From the NCBI GenBank assembly GCA_041649675.1, contig JBAZMQ010000003.1, forward strand, positions 5,335 through 69,334: a stretch of DNA of 64,000 bases, written 5' to 3'. Below are positions 54,738 to 64,000 of this stretch, piece after piece. The notes below the pieces were generated by a model, which saw nothing but the letters and a program-made list of their open reading frames with translations, made no database searches and had not been told where the DNA came from. A program made the position numbers and the translations under genes. Each line of letters opens with the position of its first letter. Positions within the stretch are counted from its first letter, which is position 1. The DNA is from Patescibacteria group bacterium (GTDB lineage Bacteria; Patescibacteriota; Patescibacteriia; Buchananbacterales; UBA6539).

Positions 54738-54795
54738 TAATTAATAGCAAAGAGCCGCCCTTTTGGGGCGTCTTTTCGTCTCTTGGTGGGTTTTA

Positions 54796-55755
54796 ATGTC
54801 TCAGGAACAATATGACATCATTATAATTGGCGGAGGGCCAGCTGGCTTAACAGCTGGTCTTTATGCGTCTCGTCGGACGTTGAAAGTTTTGGTTTTAACC
54901 AAAGATTTAGGCGGCCAAGCGGCCATTACTTATGATGTAGAAAATTATCCCGGTCTTGATTTAATAGATGGTTTTACTTTAATGCAGCGTTTTGCCGATC
55001 AGGCCAAAAAGTTTGGTTCCGAAATTCGCTATGGTCAAGTGGAAAGTGTCAAAAAAGAAAAAGATATTTTCGTAGTTACTACTTTGGATAAAAAAACTTT
55101 TCGCAGCCGGTCTTTAATTTTAGCCTTTGGTCTTTTGCCGCGAGATTTGAATGCCCCTGGTGAACAAAAGTTTAAAGGCCGTGGTGTTTCTTATTGTGCC
55201 ACTTGTGATGGCCCGCTTTATAAAAATAAAACCGTAGCGGTGGTTGGCGGCGGTAATGCGGCTTTGGACGCAGCTGAGTACTTAGCGAAATTAGTTTCCA
55301 AACTTTATCTAATTCACCGTCGTGATCAATTCCGCGGTGAGGAATTCGTAGTTGAGCGCTTGAAAAAGGATCCAAAGATTGAAATGGTTTTAAGTTCAGA
55401 GATTTTAGAAATCAAAGGCAACCAATTTGTTGAATCAATTGTAATTAAAAATAACGGCCACGATAAAACTAAGGAGTTGAAAGTTGATGGTGTATTTGTT
55501 GAAATTGGTTACACCGCCAAAACTGAGTTTATTAAAAATTTAGTTAAAATTAATGAGCGCGGTGAAATAATTACCGATAAAGATTCAAATACTTCACAGC
55601 CTGGTGTGTTTGGCTGTGGTGATGTGACGGATTGTTCATATAAACAAATCGTAATCTCTGCCGGCGAAGGCGCCAAAGCCGCTTTGCAAGCTTATAAATA
55701 TCTTTGCCTTTGTGACGGCCAAAAGATTTTACCGGATTGGGAAAGGAAGAAATAA
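54796..55755 (+). CDS. trxB: thioredoxin-disulfide reductase
   Basis: FAD motif IIIIGGGPAG, redox CATCDG, NAD(P)H motif VVGGGNAA. Start placed at MSQEQYD. Confidence 0.9.
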   Translation: MSQEQYDIIIIGGGPAGLTAGLYASRRTLKVLVLTKDLGGQAAITYDVENYPGLDLIDGFTLMQRFADQAKKFGSEIRYGQVESVKKEKDIFVVTTLDKKTFRSRSLILAFGLLPRDLNAPGEQKFKGRGVSYCATCDGPLYKNKTVAVVGGGNAALDAAEYLAKLVSKLYLIHRRDQFRGEEFVVERLKKDPKIEMVLSSEILEIKGNQFVESIVIKNNGHDKTKELKVDGVFVEIGYTAKTEFIKNLVKINERGEIITDKDSNTSQPGVFGCGDVTDCSYKQIVISAGEGAKAALQAYKYLCLCDGQKILPDWERKK

Positions 55756-55941
55756 CACGGTCAACCGTTAATCGTTTACAGTTCACCGACAAATGTAATC
55801 CCGAAAGGGTTATTTTTATGCCCTTCTTTTTCATTTCGTAATCAGTTATAATATCTAGGTTATTAGGTCGTTAGACATTAGATCCTAAAGCCTAATAACC
55901 CTGCCTGTCGGCAGGCAGGTTAAAATCTAACAACCTAAACT

Positions 55942-57138
55942 ATGCCATTGCAAGTTTCAAAACGAGCTCAAAAAGTTATTGCTTCACCAATCCGCAAATT
56001 TTTGCCTTTGGTCAAACAGGCCGAGAAGAGAGGAATTAAAATTTTTAAGCTTAATGTTGGTGATCCTGATTTGACTCCGCCAGCTCAACTTTTGCAAACC
56101 ATTAAAAAGTATAATCAACCTAATTTGGGTTATGCACCATCGCCGGGAATTACGGAGCACACCCAGGCTTGGGTGAAATATTATAGTCACTACGGTATCA
56201 AAATAAAACCGGAAAATATTATTCCGACTGTTGGTGGCGCTGAAGCGATTTTATTGGCCATGCTGGCCGTGGCTGATGCCGGTGATGAAATTATTGTTTT
56301 TGAACCGCTTTATACCAGTTACAAAGGTTTTGCCGCTATGGCCGATATTAAATTGGTACCAGTAACTTTGAAAGTGGAAAATAATTTTCATCTGCCTTCG
56401 GAAAAAGAAATTACTAAAAAGATTACTAAAAAAACTAAAGCCATTGTTGTCATCAATCCTAACAATCCAACTGGTACGATTTTGTCTGATCAGGAAATTA
56501 AAACCATTATTAAAATTGCTAGAAAGTATCATTTGTTTATCATCTCCGATGAAACCTATCGGGAAATTGTTTTTACGTCAAAACCAAACAGTTTGCTTAA
56601 ATATCCACTCGCAAAAAATTACGCTATTATTGTTGACAGCGTCTCCAAAAGATTTTCTTGTCCGGGAGCCAGAATCGGCTGCGTGGCTAGTTATAATCAA
56701 GAAGTGGTTTGGTCAATTCTAAAGTTTGCCATGATTAGGCTTTCAGTCCCGACCTTGGAACAATATGGCCTGGTTTCATTGCTGAAAAATCCCAAACCTT
56801 ATACCAAAAAGATTACGGCTGAGTATAAAAAGCGCTGCGATGTTTTAATTTCGGCTTTGCAAAAAATGCCCGGCGTGATTTGTCAAAAACCACAGGGTGC
56901 TTTTTATTTAATTGCTAAATTACCCATTGATAATTCAGAGAATTTTATTAAATGGCTTTTGACCAAATTTAACTATCAGAAAAAATCTTTGCTTTTAACG
57001 CCAACAGCCGAGTTTTACATTACTCCGAATCAAGGTAGAAATGAAACCAGAATTGCTTATGTTTTAAATACTCAAAAGATTAAGGAGGCAATGGTAGTTT
57101 TGCAAAAAGCCTTAGAGCAATATCCGGGCAAAAAATAA
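55942..57138 (+). CDS. class I/II pyridoxal-phosphate-dependent aminotransferase (aspartate aminotransferase-like)
   Basis: PLP-lysine context DSVSKRFSCPGARIG, NPNNPTG motif. Length 398 aa. Confidence 0.8.
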   Translation: MPLQVSKRAQKVIASPIRKFLPLVKQAEKRGIKIFKLNVGDPDLTPPAQLLQTIKKYNQPNLGYAPSPGITEHTQAWVKYYSHYGIKIKPENIIPTVGGAEAILLAMLAVADAGDEIIVFEPLYTSYKGFAAMADIKLVPVTLKVENNFHLPSEKEITKKITKKTKAIVVINPNNPTGTILSDQEIKTIIKIARKYHLFIISDETYREIVFTSKPNSLLKYPLAKNYAIIVDSVSKRFSCPGARIGCVASYNQEVVWSILKFAMIRLSVPTLEQYGLVSLLKNPKPYTKKITAEYKKRCDVLISALQKMPGVICQKPQGAFYLIAKLPIDNSENFIKWLLTKFNYQKKSLLLTPTAEFYITPNQGRNETRIAYVLNTQKIKEAMVVLQKALEQYPGKK

Positions 57139-57218
57139 AAACGGCTGATGCCGTTTTGGAATATAAATAAACTTTCCCTTAAAGATTTTAAGGTTAAAGT
57201 TTTTTGTCTGCAGCCAAT

Positions 57219-57407
57219 TTAAGGCTGCAGATTTTGTTTGATTGAGCGCAGTAGCACTTCGTTTAATTCTTCCATTAGCAGTAAATCATGAATAACAGCT
57301 TTAACCTTGGGGTCTTTAGCCTTGGTTACCATTTTTCGGTAGCAGTCTTGGAGCTTTAATTCCGCCGCCAGTGCCTCTTGGGCATGAAGAGATAAAATTT
57401 CAGTCAT
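57219..57407 (-). CDS. small hypothetical protein (62 aa)
   Basis: aaaagg RBS 5 nt before the ATG on the minus strand. Followed by the hairpin tctgcagcc-aattt-aaggctgcaga at 57206-57230. Confidence 0.3.
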   Translation of the reverse strand: MTEILSLHAQEALAAELKLQDCYRKMVTKAKDPKVKAVIHDLLLMEELNEVLLRSIKQNLQP

Positions 57408-57623
57408 ACCTTTTTAATTATTAATGGGGCAAAATTTAGCGTAGCGTTAAAAAAATCATCCGTCAATAAGCCTTTTTTGGCTTATTTTATTAAAAAAAAT
57501 TGACAATAGCAAAAAAATACGTTAAATTTATATAATTATTTTGGGTTATTAACTGTTTAGTCACAGTTTTTAAAAAATTTTGCCCAGTTTTATCCCAATT
57601 TATCCAGGTAGCTAAAAAGAATT

Positions 57624-58235
57624 ATGTTTTATCCTAATTTGCGACACGAAAAGAACTTACGGAGAAAAGGTTTTTTTTATATTGCCGGGTTAGATGAAGT
57701 CGGCCGCGGTGCTTGGGCCGGACCAATTGTGGCAGCAGCAGTAATTTTAGATCCCAAATTAAAAATCAAAGGCATTAAAGATTCAAAAAAATTAAGAAGC
57801 CCCGACCGCAAAGAAATTTTTGAAAAAATTATTGGTTCGGCTGTTGCTTGGTCAGTTGGTATAGTCAGTCATGAAATTATTGATCAGATTGGAATCAACC
57901 AGGCCAATGTTTTGGCAATGCAACAGGCTTTGGAAAAAATTACGCCGCAACCAGATCATTTATTGGTTGATGCGATATCTTTTGATTATAAAAATCTGCC
58001 TTTGAAAGCAATAATCAAGGGTGATTATAAAATTACTTCAGTTGCTGCCGCTTCAATCGTGGCTAAAGTTACCCGTGATCAGATTATGGATGACTTAGAC
58101 GAAATGTATCCGCAGTACGGCTTTAAACAGCACAAAGGTTATGGTACCAATCAGCATCATCAAATGTTGATGAAATATGGCGTTTGCCAAATCCACCGCC
58201 GAACCTATCAGCCAATTAAGTATTTAATTAGTTAG
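57624..58235 (+). CDS. rnhB: ribonuclease HII
   Basis: GLDEVGRGAWAGPIVAAAVIL (DEVGRG), DSKKL. Confidence 0.9.
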   Translation: MFYPNLRHEKNLRRKGFFYIAGLDEVGRGAWAGPIVAAAVILDPKLKIKGIKDSKKLRSPDRKEIFEKIIGSAVAWSVGIVSHEIIDQIGINQANVLAMQQALEKITPQPDHLLVDAISFDYKNLPLKAIIKGDYKITSVAAASIVAKVTRDQIMDDLDEMYPQYGFKQHKGYGTNQHHQMLMKYGVCQIHRRTYQPIKYLIS

Positions 58236-58282
58236 CAAATTGGTGTATACTGGTATTAGTTTTAGTTTTTAATAATTAGCTT

Positions 58283-58834
58283 ATGGTTTATATTTCTGGC
58301 GGTCGGGAGCTTTTAGATCCTGATCAAATTTTGGCCAAAATTAATATTAAAACCGGCGATCAGATTGCGGATTTAGGTTGCGGCGGGGCTGGTCATTTTA
58401 TTGCTCCTTTGGCCCGTTTAGTTGGTGACCAAACTAAAATTTATGCCGTTGATATTATGAAAACGGTTTTAAGAGCAATTACCAGCAAAGCCCGGCTGGA
58501 AGGGATAAATAATATCCGGCCGATTTGGTCAGATCTAGAAAATGTTGGTGCGACCAATATTACACCTGACAGTTTGGATGCGGCGGTATTGGTTAATGTC
58601 TTGTCTTTATCAAAAAAAAGAGAAAATATTTTGAAAGAGGCCTTGCGTTTATTAAAAAAAGGTGGTAAATTGTTAATCGTTGATTGGAATAAAGTACCTA
58701 CGACCTTTGGTCCGCCGCTAGAGCAAAGGGTCAAAGATGAAGAAGTAAAAGAAATCGCTAGCCGCTTAAATTATAAATTCGATCAAGAGTTTGCCGCTGG
58801 TAAATATCACTTCGGTTTAATTTTAATAAAATAA
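58283..58834 (+). CDS. class I SAM-dependent methyltransferase
   Basis: Motif I IADLGCGGAGHF. Acidic-hydrophobic motif II. Confidence 0.7.
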   Translation: MVYISGGRELLDPDQILAKINIKTGDQIADLGCGGAGHFIAPLARLVGDQTKIYAVDIMKTVLRAITSKARLEGINNIRPIWSDLENVGATNITPDSLDAAVLVNVLSLSKKRENILKEALRLLKKGGKLLIVDWNKVPTTFGPPLEQRVKDEEVKEIASRLNYKFDQEFAAGKYHFGLILIK

Positions 58835-59235
58835 TGAATTATCTTAAAAGTTTTTTCAACTTAAGCCATCTATTTAATCTAAGGCCGCAAGCCATGACCA
58901 ATTCAGCGGTTATTACTTTAGCGGTCGTTTTTGGTCTTTTAATAATTTTAAGCTTGGCCGCTTGGTTGTATATCAATAAAACTAAGGATGGTTTGAAACT
59001 AAAGGGTTTGCGTCGGCTGTTTCATCTGTTTTTATCAATGGGCATTTCTGGATTTATTTATTTATTTTTTGCCTGGCAGGGAGTAGCCATTTTAGCCTCG
59101 CGGTTTTGGCTATTGATTTGGGCAATAGTTTTAGTTATTTGGTTATTGTTTATTGTTAAATATTTATTCAAGGAAGTACCAAAGTTACGTTCAGAAATTG
59201 AAGAAAAAAGAAAGTTTGCCAAATATCTTCCTTAG
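58834..59235 (+). CDS. hypothetical membrane protein
   Basis: Three to four TM helices. Start overlaps the upstream stop (ATGA). Confidence 0.45.
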   Translation: MNYLKSFFNLSHLFNLRPQAMTNSAVITLAVVFGLLIILSLAAWLYINKTKDGLKLKGLRRLFHLFLSMGISGFIYLFFAWQGVAILASRFWLLIWAIVLVIWLLFIVKYLFKEVPKLRSEIEEKRKFAKYLP

Positions 59236-59262
59236 TTAATTAAAAAAATTGAGCCAATCAAC

Positions 59263-59290
59263 TTAGCGCCTGTTTGGCGCTTTTTGTTTT
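59263..59290 (+). terminator. rho-independent terminator (agcgcc-tgtttg-ggcgct plus tttttgtttt)
   Basis: Hairpin plus T-run. Confidence 0.6.
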
Positions 59291-59518
59291 ACAGAGTCAT
59301 TTCGAGGTCGCCTTAAGTGAGATTGAGAGGCGACCGAGAAATCCCATCATAGTTAACAATATGAAACCAAAAATATTTTATATCTATATTATGATGAATA
59401 AATGGAACACTACTTCCTAATTTTAAAGATTTAGCAAAAGATTGGGTATGATGAGATTTCTCCCCCTAATAATTCAATTAATAAGCTCGGGGTCGAAATG
59501 ACAAAAAAATAAATAGTT

Positions 59519-59902
59519 ATGTTAAATCCAAATCAGCGAAAACAACTTGGTAAAATTGGCGAAGAGATTGCTGCTAAATATTTGCAGCAGAAAGGTTATA
59601 AAGTTATGGCCAGGAATTTTTCGGTTCGGGAAGGTGAAATTGATTTGATTTGTGCCAAATCGGGAGTAACGGTTTTTGTGGAAGTAAAAACGCGGACTAA
59701 CCAAAACTTTGGTTATCCGGAAGCAGCAGTAGGTAAAAGAAAAATTGAGCGGTTAATTTTAGCCGGGCAGAATTATTTTTTAGGCCAAAACCAAGCCAGT
59801 CAATGGCAAATTGATGTAATCAGCCTGTTTTTAGGCGGTCAAAACCAAATTTTGGAAATTAAGCATTTTGAAAATATTAGTATTGACAGCTATTGTTTTT
59901 AG
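59519..59902 (+). CDS. yraN: YraN-family endonuclease (UPF0102)
   Basis: GEEIAAKYLQQKGYKV.ARNF....GEIDLI......VFVEVKTR. Confidence 0.8.
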   Translation: MLNPNQRKQLGKIGEEIAAKYLQQKGYKVMARNFSVREGEIDLICAKSGVTVFVEVKTRTNQNFGYPEAAVGKRKIERLILAGQNYFLGQNQASQWQIDVISLFLGGQNQILEIKHFENISIDSYCF

Positions 59903-60007
59903 TTCTATAATTAAAGTACTTCGGATTAAGTTGGTAATGGTAGCCTATGGCTGCCACTTTTTTTTAGCCGATACTAATTAATATTTAATTATGAATATCT
60001 AAAACAT

Positions 60008-61333
60008 ATGGATCAGTCATCAATCTCAGACGCAATTAAACAAATTTGTCAGGAAAAAGGTTTGCCGGTTGAATCGGTAGTGCAAACTGTTGAAGCCGCT
60101 TTGGCGGCTGCTTTTCGCAAAGACTTTGGCGAAAAGAATCAAAATATTAAAGTTGAGTTTGACTTAAACACCGGTAAGTCAAAAGTTTTTGACGTAAAAA
60201 CAGTCGTTGAAGATATGCCCGAAGAATTGTTGGCTGAAGGTACAGAAATTATGCCGCTAGAACCAAAACCAGTTGCGGCGGCTGAAGGGGAAGTAACCGA
60301 GGAAGTTCGGCGCTTTAATCCAAAAACTGAAATTCAATTAAGTGATGCCAAAAAAATCAAAAAAGATTACGAAGTCGGTGATGAGATAAAGACCCCTTTA
60401 GAAGTGCCGGGTGAATTCGGCCGCATGGCGGCCCAAACTGCCAAACAAGTGATTATCCAAAAGCTGCGCGAAACCGAACGCGAAACTGTTTACCAAGAAT
60501 TTAAAGGCAAGGAAGGTGAAATTATCGTTGGTACCATTCAGCGCCGCGAAGGCAATTTAGTTTTAATTGATTTAGGAAAAACTACGGCTTTATTGCCGCC
60601 CGAAGAACAAATTCGCAGCGAGAACTATACTCCCGGCGGCCACCTCAAGGTTTATATTATGTCAGTTAACATTACCACCAAGGGTCCAGAAATTATTGTT
60701 TCTCGTTCTCATCCCGAAATTGTCAAAAAACTTTTTTCTTTGGAAATTCCGGAAATTGCCAACGGTGTGGTTCAAATTAAATCCATTGCTCGAGAAGCCG
60801 GTTCGCGTTCTAAAATCGCGGTTTTTACTGATCAAGAAAATATTGATCCGATTGGTTCTTGTATTGGCCAACGGGGGGCGCGCATTCAAACTATCATTAC
60901 CGAGCTTAAGGGTGAAAAGGTTGACATCATCAAATACAGCGATGATCCCAAAGAATTTATTGCCAATGCTTTGTCGCCAGCCAAAATTTTAAACATTGAT
61001 ATTAATGATGAACAAAAAACTGCCACTGCTTACGTGGCCGAAGATCAGTTATCTTTAGCCATTGGCCGCGCCGGTCAGAATGTCAGACTAGCTGCTCGTT
61101 TAACCGGCTGGAAAATTGATATAGTTTCGGAAAGTGGCAAAAAGGTTGATGAAGAAAGTGCCGCTGAATTATTAAAAGATGAAATCGAAGAAGTGACTGA
61201 AGCCAAACCGGTATCAGAAACTGCTACCGAAGAAAAGCCAAAGAAAAAATCAGTGAAGAAAGAAAAAGTTGAGAAAAAAGAAAAAAAGACTGAAAAGAAA
61301 ACTAAAGTTAAAAAAGAGAAAAAGTCGGAATAG
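60008..61333 (+). CDS. nusA: transcription termination/antitermination factor NusA, with a Lys-rich C-terminal tail
   Basis: S1 domain (GEIIVGTIQRREGNLVLIDLG), KH domains (IGSCIGQRGARIQ; AIGRAGQNVRLA). Confidence 0.9.
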   Translation: MDQSSISDAIKQICQEKGLPVESVVQTVEAALAAAFRKDFGEKNQNIKVEFDLNTGKSKVFDVKTVVEDMPEELLAEGTEIMPLEPKPVAAAEGEVTEEVRRFNPKTEIQLSDAKKIKKDYEVGDEIKTPLEVPGEFGRMAAQTAKQVIIQKLRETERETVYQEFKGKEGEIIVGTIQRREGNLVLIDLGKTTALLPPEEQIRSENYTPGGHLKVYIMSVNITTKGPEIIVSRSHPEIVKKLFSLEIPEIANGVVQIKSIAREAGSRSKIAVFTDQENIDPIGSCIGQRGARIQTIITELKGEKVDIIKYSDDPKEFIANALSPAKILNIDINDEQKTATAYVAEDQLSLAIGRAGQNVRLAARLTGWKIDIVSESGKKVDEESAAELLKDEIEEVTEAKPVSETATEEKPKKKSVKKEKVEKKEKKTEKKTKVKKEKKSE

Positions 61334-61435
61334 TTTTAGGATTCCCCTCTTAAGATAAGAGGGGTTAGGGGAGTTATGAAGTTATGCAAAAAGCCATAAC
61401 CCCCTCTAACTCCCCCTTAGCTTAAGGGGGAGGAC

Positions 61436-61453
61436 ACTAAAATTAAGCTTTTG
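61436..61453. repeat. 17-bp direct repeat, left copy (actaaaattaagcttttg) flanking the GNAT cassette
   Basis: Right copy cctaaaactaagcttttg at 62011-62028. Each copy is preceded by a GC-rich hairpin (ggggg/ccccc-rich at 61350-61435; ccctctccgttttcggagaggg at 61990-62010). Confidence 0.65.
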
Positions 61454-61461
61454 AAAAAGAT

Positions 61462-61929
61462 ATGGTTTCTATTCGAAAAGCAAAAGTCAAAGATTTGGAT
61501 TTGGTTTCTGCCATGGCGGTTAATTTGCTTAAATACCACAGCCAGTTTGATACTTATTATAGACCGGCAAAGAATGCTAAGGGTGCCTATCATAAACTCT
61601 TTAGATCAGCAATCTTTTCTCGAAGAAAGATTTTATTAGTTGCTGAAATTGACAGTGAAATAATTGGTTTTGTCATGGCTTTAGTTAGAAGAAAACCGCC
61701 GGTCTTTGCAATTAAAGACTATGGCTTTATTACCGATATATTTATTGTCAACGAGTATAGAAATCAAGGAATTGCCGGTCTTTTTCTGCAAGAATTGTTT
61801 AAATGGTTTAAAAAGAATAGAATAAAAAATATTGAGCTTTTAGCTCACGTCAAAAATGATATTGGCCAAAAGTTCTGGTCCAAATATAAATTTAAAGATT
61901 TTTTGGTCAGCAAGAGAATAAAAATTTAG
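61462..61929 (+). CDS. GNAT-family N-acetyltransferase
   Basis: Motif A RNQGIAGLFLQEL. Length 155 aa. Confidence 0.75.
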   Translation: MVSIRKAKVKDLDLVSAMAVNLLKYHSQFDTYYRPAKNAKGAYHKLFRSAIFSRRKILLVAEIDSEIIGFVMALVRRKPPVFAIKDYGFITDIFIVNEYRNQGIAGLFLQELFKWFKKNRIKNIELLAHVKNDIGQKFWSKYKFKDFLVSKRIKI

Positions 61930-62010
61930 TAATTTTATTTATGTAAGCCGTAGGTGAGATAATAAAGTCCGTAACCTCACCCCACCCTCTCCGTTTTCGG
62001 AGAGGGAGTC

Positions 62011-62028
62011 CTAAAACTAAGCTTTTGT
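62011..62028. repeat. 17-bp direct repeat, right copy
   Basis: See 61436-61453. Confidence 0.65.
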
Positions 62029-62035
62029 TTCAGCC

Positions 62036-62086
62036 CCTAATTTCCTAATTTCCTAACAACCTAACTTACTAATAACCTAATCAAAC
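62036..62086. repeat. tandem cctaa(t/c)tt-type short repeats upstream of hppA
   Basis: cccctaatttcctaatttcctaacaacctaacttactaataacctaatc. Same family as 10281-10316 and 37604-38150. Confidence 0.6.
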
Positions 62087-62089
62087 ATC

Positions 62090-64000
62090 TATGAATCAGC
62101 TCGTACTTTGGGTAATTGCCAGCGCCGTTCTCGGTTTAGCCGTAGCGGTTTGGCTTGCTTACCAAGTGACCAAAAAACCCGTGCTTAACGAAAAAGCCAA
62201 GGAAATTTCTCAATATATTCATGAGGGAGCCATGGCTTATTTGACTAAACAATATCAAGTCTTGGCAATTTTTATTATCGTGGTTGCTTTATTAATTGCG
62301 TTTGTTCCCGGCTTAAGTTGGAAAACCGCTTTGATGTTTGTTTTTGGTTCGGTTATTTCTATCGCCTCGGGTAACATCGGTATGCAAATTGCCACCCGAG
62401 CCAATGCTAGAACCGCTGAAGCGGTTAATGATGGTGTCACCAAAGGTTTGCGGATGGCATTTTTTGCCGGTAGTGTTAGCGGTTTGGCTGTTGTCAGCCT
62501 GGGTTTATTAGGTGTGACTTTTTCTTATTTATTATTTCATGATGTTGACGTCCTGTTTGGTTTTGCTTTTGGCGCTTCCTCGGTGGCTTTATTTGCCAGA
62601 GTCGGCGGTGGTATTTATACCAAAGCGGCTGACGTTGGTGCGGACTTAGTCGGTAAAGTTGAAGCCGGTATTCCTGAAGATGATCCGAGAAATCCGGCCG
62701 TCATTGCCGATAATGTTGGTGATAATGTTGGTGATACTGCTGGCATGGGTGCGGATTTATATGAAACTTATGTTGATGCCATAATTTCAGCTATGGCTTT
62801 GGGCGCGGTCAGTATTACTACTTTTGGCAGTAACGCCTTGTATGTTCCGTTGCTTTTAGCGGCCGTTGGCATTATTGGTACTTTAGTTGGTAATTTAGTT
62901 ATCAAATTTTTTAATCATCCCAAACCACATGTGATTATGAATGCGGCTATTGCCGTTGCCAATATTGCTACCACTCTTTTAGCTATCCCGATAATTTACT
63001 TTTTGCTGCCTGGCAGCTTTGGTGTTTTTTGGGCAATGTTAGCCGGGCTTTTGGCCGGAGTAATTATTTCTTTTGCCACTGATTACTTTACCTCTTATCG
63101 CTATAAACCCGTGCAAGGTATTGCTAAGTCAACTGAAACTGGTCCGGCAACTGCTATTATCAACGGTTTGGCCGTTGGTATGATTAGCACCACTGTGCCA
63201 GTTTTGGCAGTTTCAGCCGCAACTTTGATTGCTTATTATTTTGGTGGTCTATTCGGTATTGGTATGGCCGCAGTTGGCATGTTGGCTTCCTTGGGAATTA
63301 CTTTAGCCACTGATACTTATGGTCCGATTTCGGATAATGCTGCCGGTATTGCTGAAATGGCCGGTATGGGCCAAGAGACTCGTGAGCGCGCTGAGGCTTT
63401 GGATGCGATTGGCAATTCCACTGCTGCCATTGGTAAAGGTTTTTCCGTTTCAGCCGCGGCTTTAATCGCTTTAGTTTTATTAATTAGTTTTTCCCGAATT
63501 GTTGGTTTGGATAATGTTAATTTATTGGATGCCAAAGTAATTGTCGGTATGTTTATTGGTGGTTTGTTGCCGTTTGTTTTTGCCGCTTTAACCATGAAGT
63601 CAGTTGGCAAAGCCGCAATGCAAATGGTGCAGGAAGTTCGCCGCCAGTTTAAAGAAATTCCTGGCTTACTGGAAGGTACAGCCAAACCTGACCACAAACG
63701 CTGCGTGGCAATTTCCACCCAAGCCGCAATTAAAGAAATGATTTTACCCGGCGCTTTGGCAATTGTTTTACCCATTGCCGTTGGTTTTGGTTTGGGCGCA
63801 TCGGCTTTGGCAGGCTTTTTAGCTTCTTCTTTGGTGGTTGGCTTTTTAATGGCTATATTTATGGCTAATGCTGGTGGCGCTTGGGACAATGCCAAGAAAT
63901 ATATTGAAGCCGGTAACTTGGGTGGCAAAGGTTCAGCCGCTCACAAAGCGGCGGTTATTGGTGATACGGTCGGCGATCCGTTTAAAGACACTTCCGGCCC
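62090..64000 (+). CDS. hppA: membrane-bound H+/Na+-translocating pyrophosphatase (V-PPase), 3' truncated by the window edge
   Basis: Read in-frame from ATG at 62090: GGGIYTKAADVGADLVGKVE.GIPEDDPRNPAVIADNVGDNVGDTAGMGADL, then multiple TM helices to the end of the window. The listed antisense ORF 63317-63928 is spurious. Confidence 0.9.

Noticed and set aside
63317-63928. 203-aa minus-strand ORF
   Set aside because: Antisense to the clearly identifiable H+-pyrophosphatase reading frame. Ala/Pro/Lys-rich artefact of GC-rich codon third positions.

Overview
This 64 kb window reads as a low-GC (about 35%) bacterial chromosome segment. The gene content resembles a Candidate Phyla Radiation / Patescibacteria-like genome, but that assignment is inference. 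Supporting traits are compact housekeeping genes, two copies of the 'four helix bundle protein' (a small gene family, TIGR02436, formerly annotated as 23S rRNA intervening-sequence protein), pilT and pilB ATPases, Lys-rich tails on NusA, GyrA, L32 and IF-2, and an H+-translocating pyrophosphatase.

Recognisable core genes:
- Translation and RNA processing: infB, rbfA, clpP, rny followed by ymdB, hup, rnc, nusB, rpmF, rpsA, rnhB, yraN, nusA.
- Replication and proteostasis: gyrA, ftsH, nrnA.
- Redox and metabolism: trxA, trxB, an aspartate-aminotransferase-like gene, a FadD-like acyl-CoA ligase, an E. coli-type pyrC.
- Transport and regulation: an amino-acid ABC transporter operon and three TrmB-family regulators.
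- RNA genes: nine tRNA genes (Phe, Pro, Gly, Cys, Arg-TCG, Lys, Arg-CCT, Ala-CGC, Ala-GGC).

No CRISPR array, transposase or integrase was recognised.

The most unusual content is non-genic.
1. tRNA genes are repeatedly accompanied by truncated copies of themselves. The spacers between gene and fragment are GC-rich hairpin elements of two types: a REP-like 'TCCCGAC-loop-GTCGGGA' hairpin and a 'CCGCCAAAGGCGG' palindrome.
2. One copy of this element family appears inserted in-frame inside the G domain of infB.
3. tRNA-Arg(CCT) sits inside nested inverted repeats.
4. tRNA-Ala(GGC) is followed by a small GIY-YIG nuclease gene and then a partial tRNA-Ala copy with a T-loop insertion.
5. Both four-helix-bundle genes are cassettes flanked by inverted short tandem-repeat arrays. 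One of them splits the conserved rny-ymdB pair.
6. A GNAT gene is a cassette flanked by 17-bp direct repeats.
7. Several GC-rich islands stand out against the AT-rich background: pyrC; 11.0-12.7 kb; 34.9-35.7 kb (non-coding, structured); 44.4-44.7 kb; 48.6-52.0 kb; 52.7-54.2 kb. They suggest horizontally acquired genes and at least two unannotated structured RNAs.

All calls rest on reading the sequence and the ORF translations. No database search was possible, so every family assignment is motif-level and should be treated as provisional.
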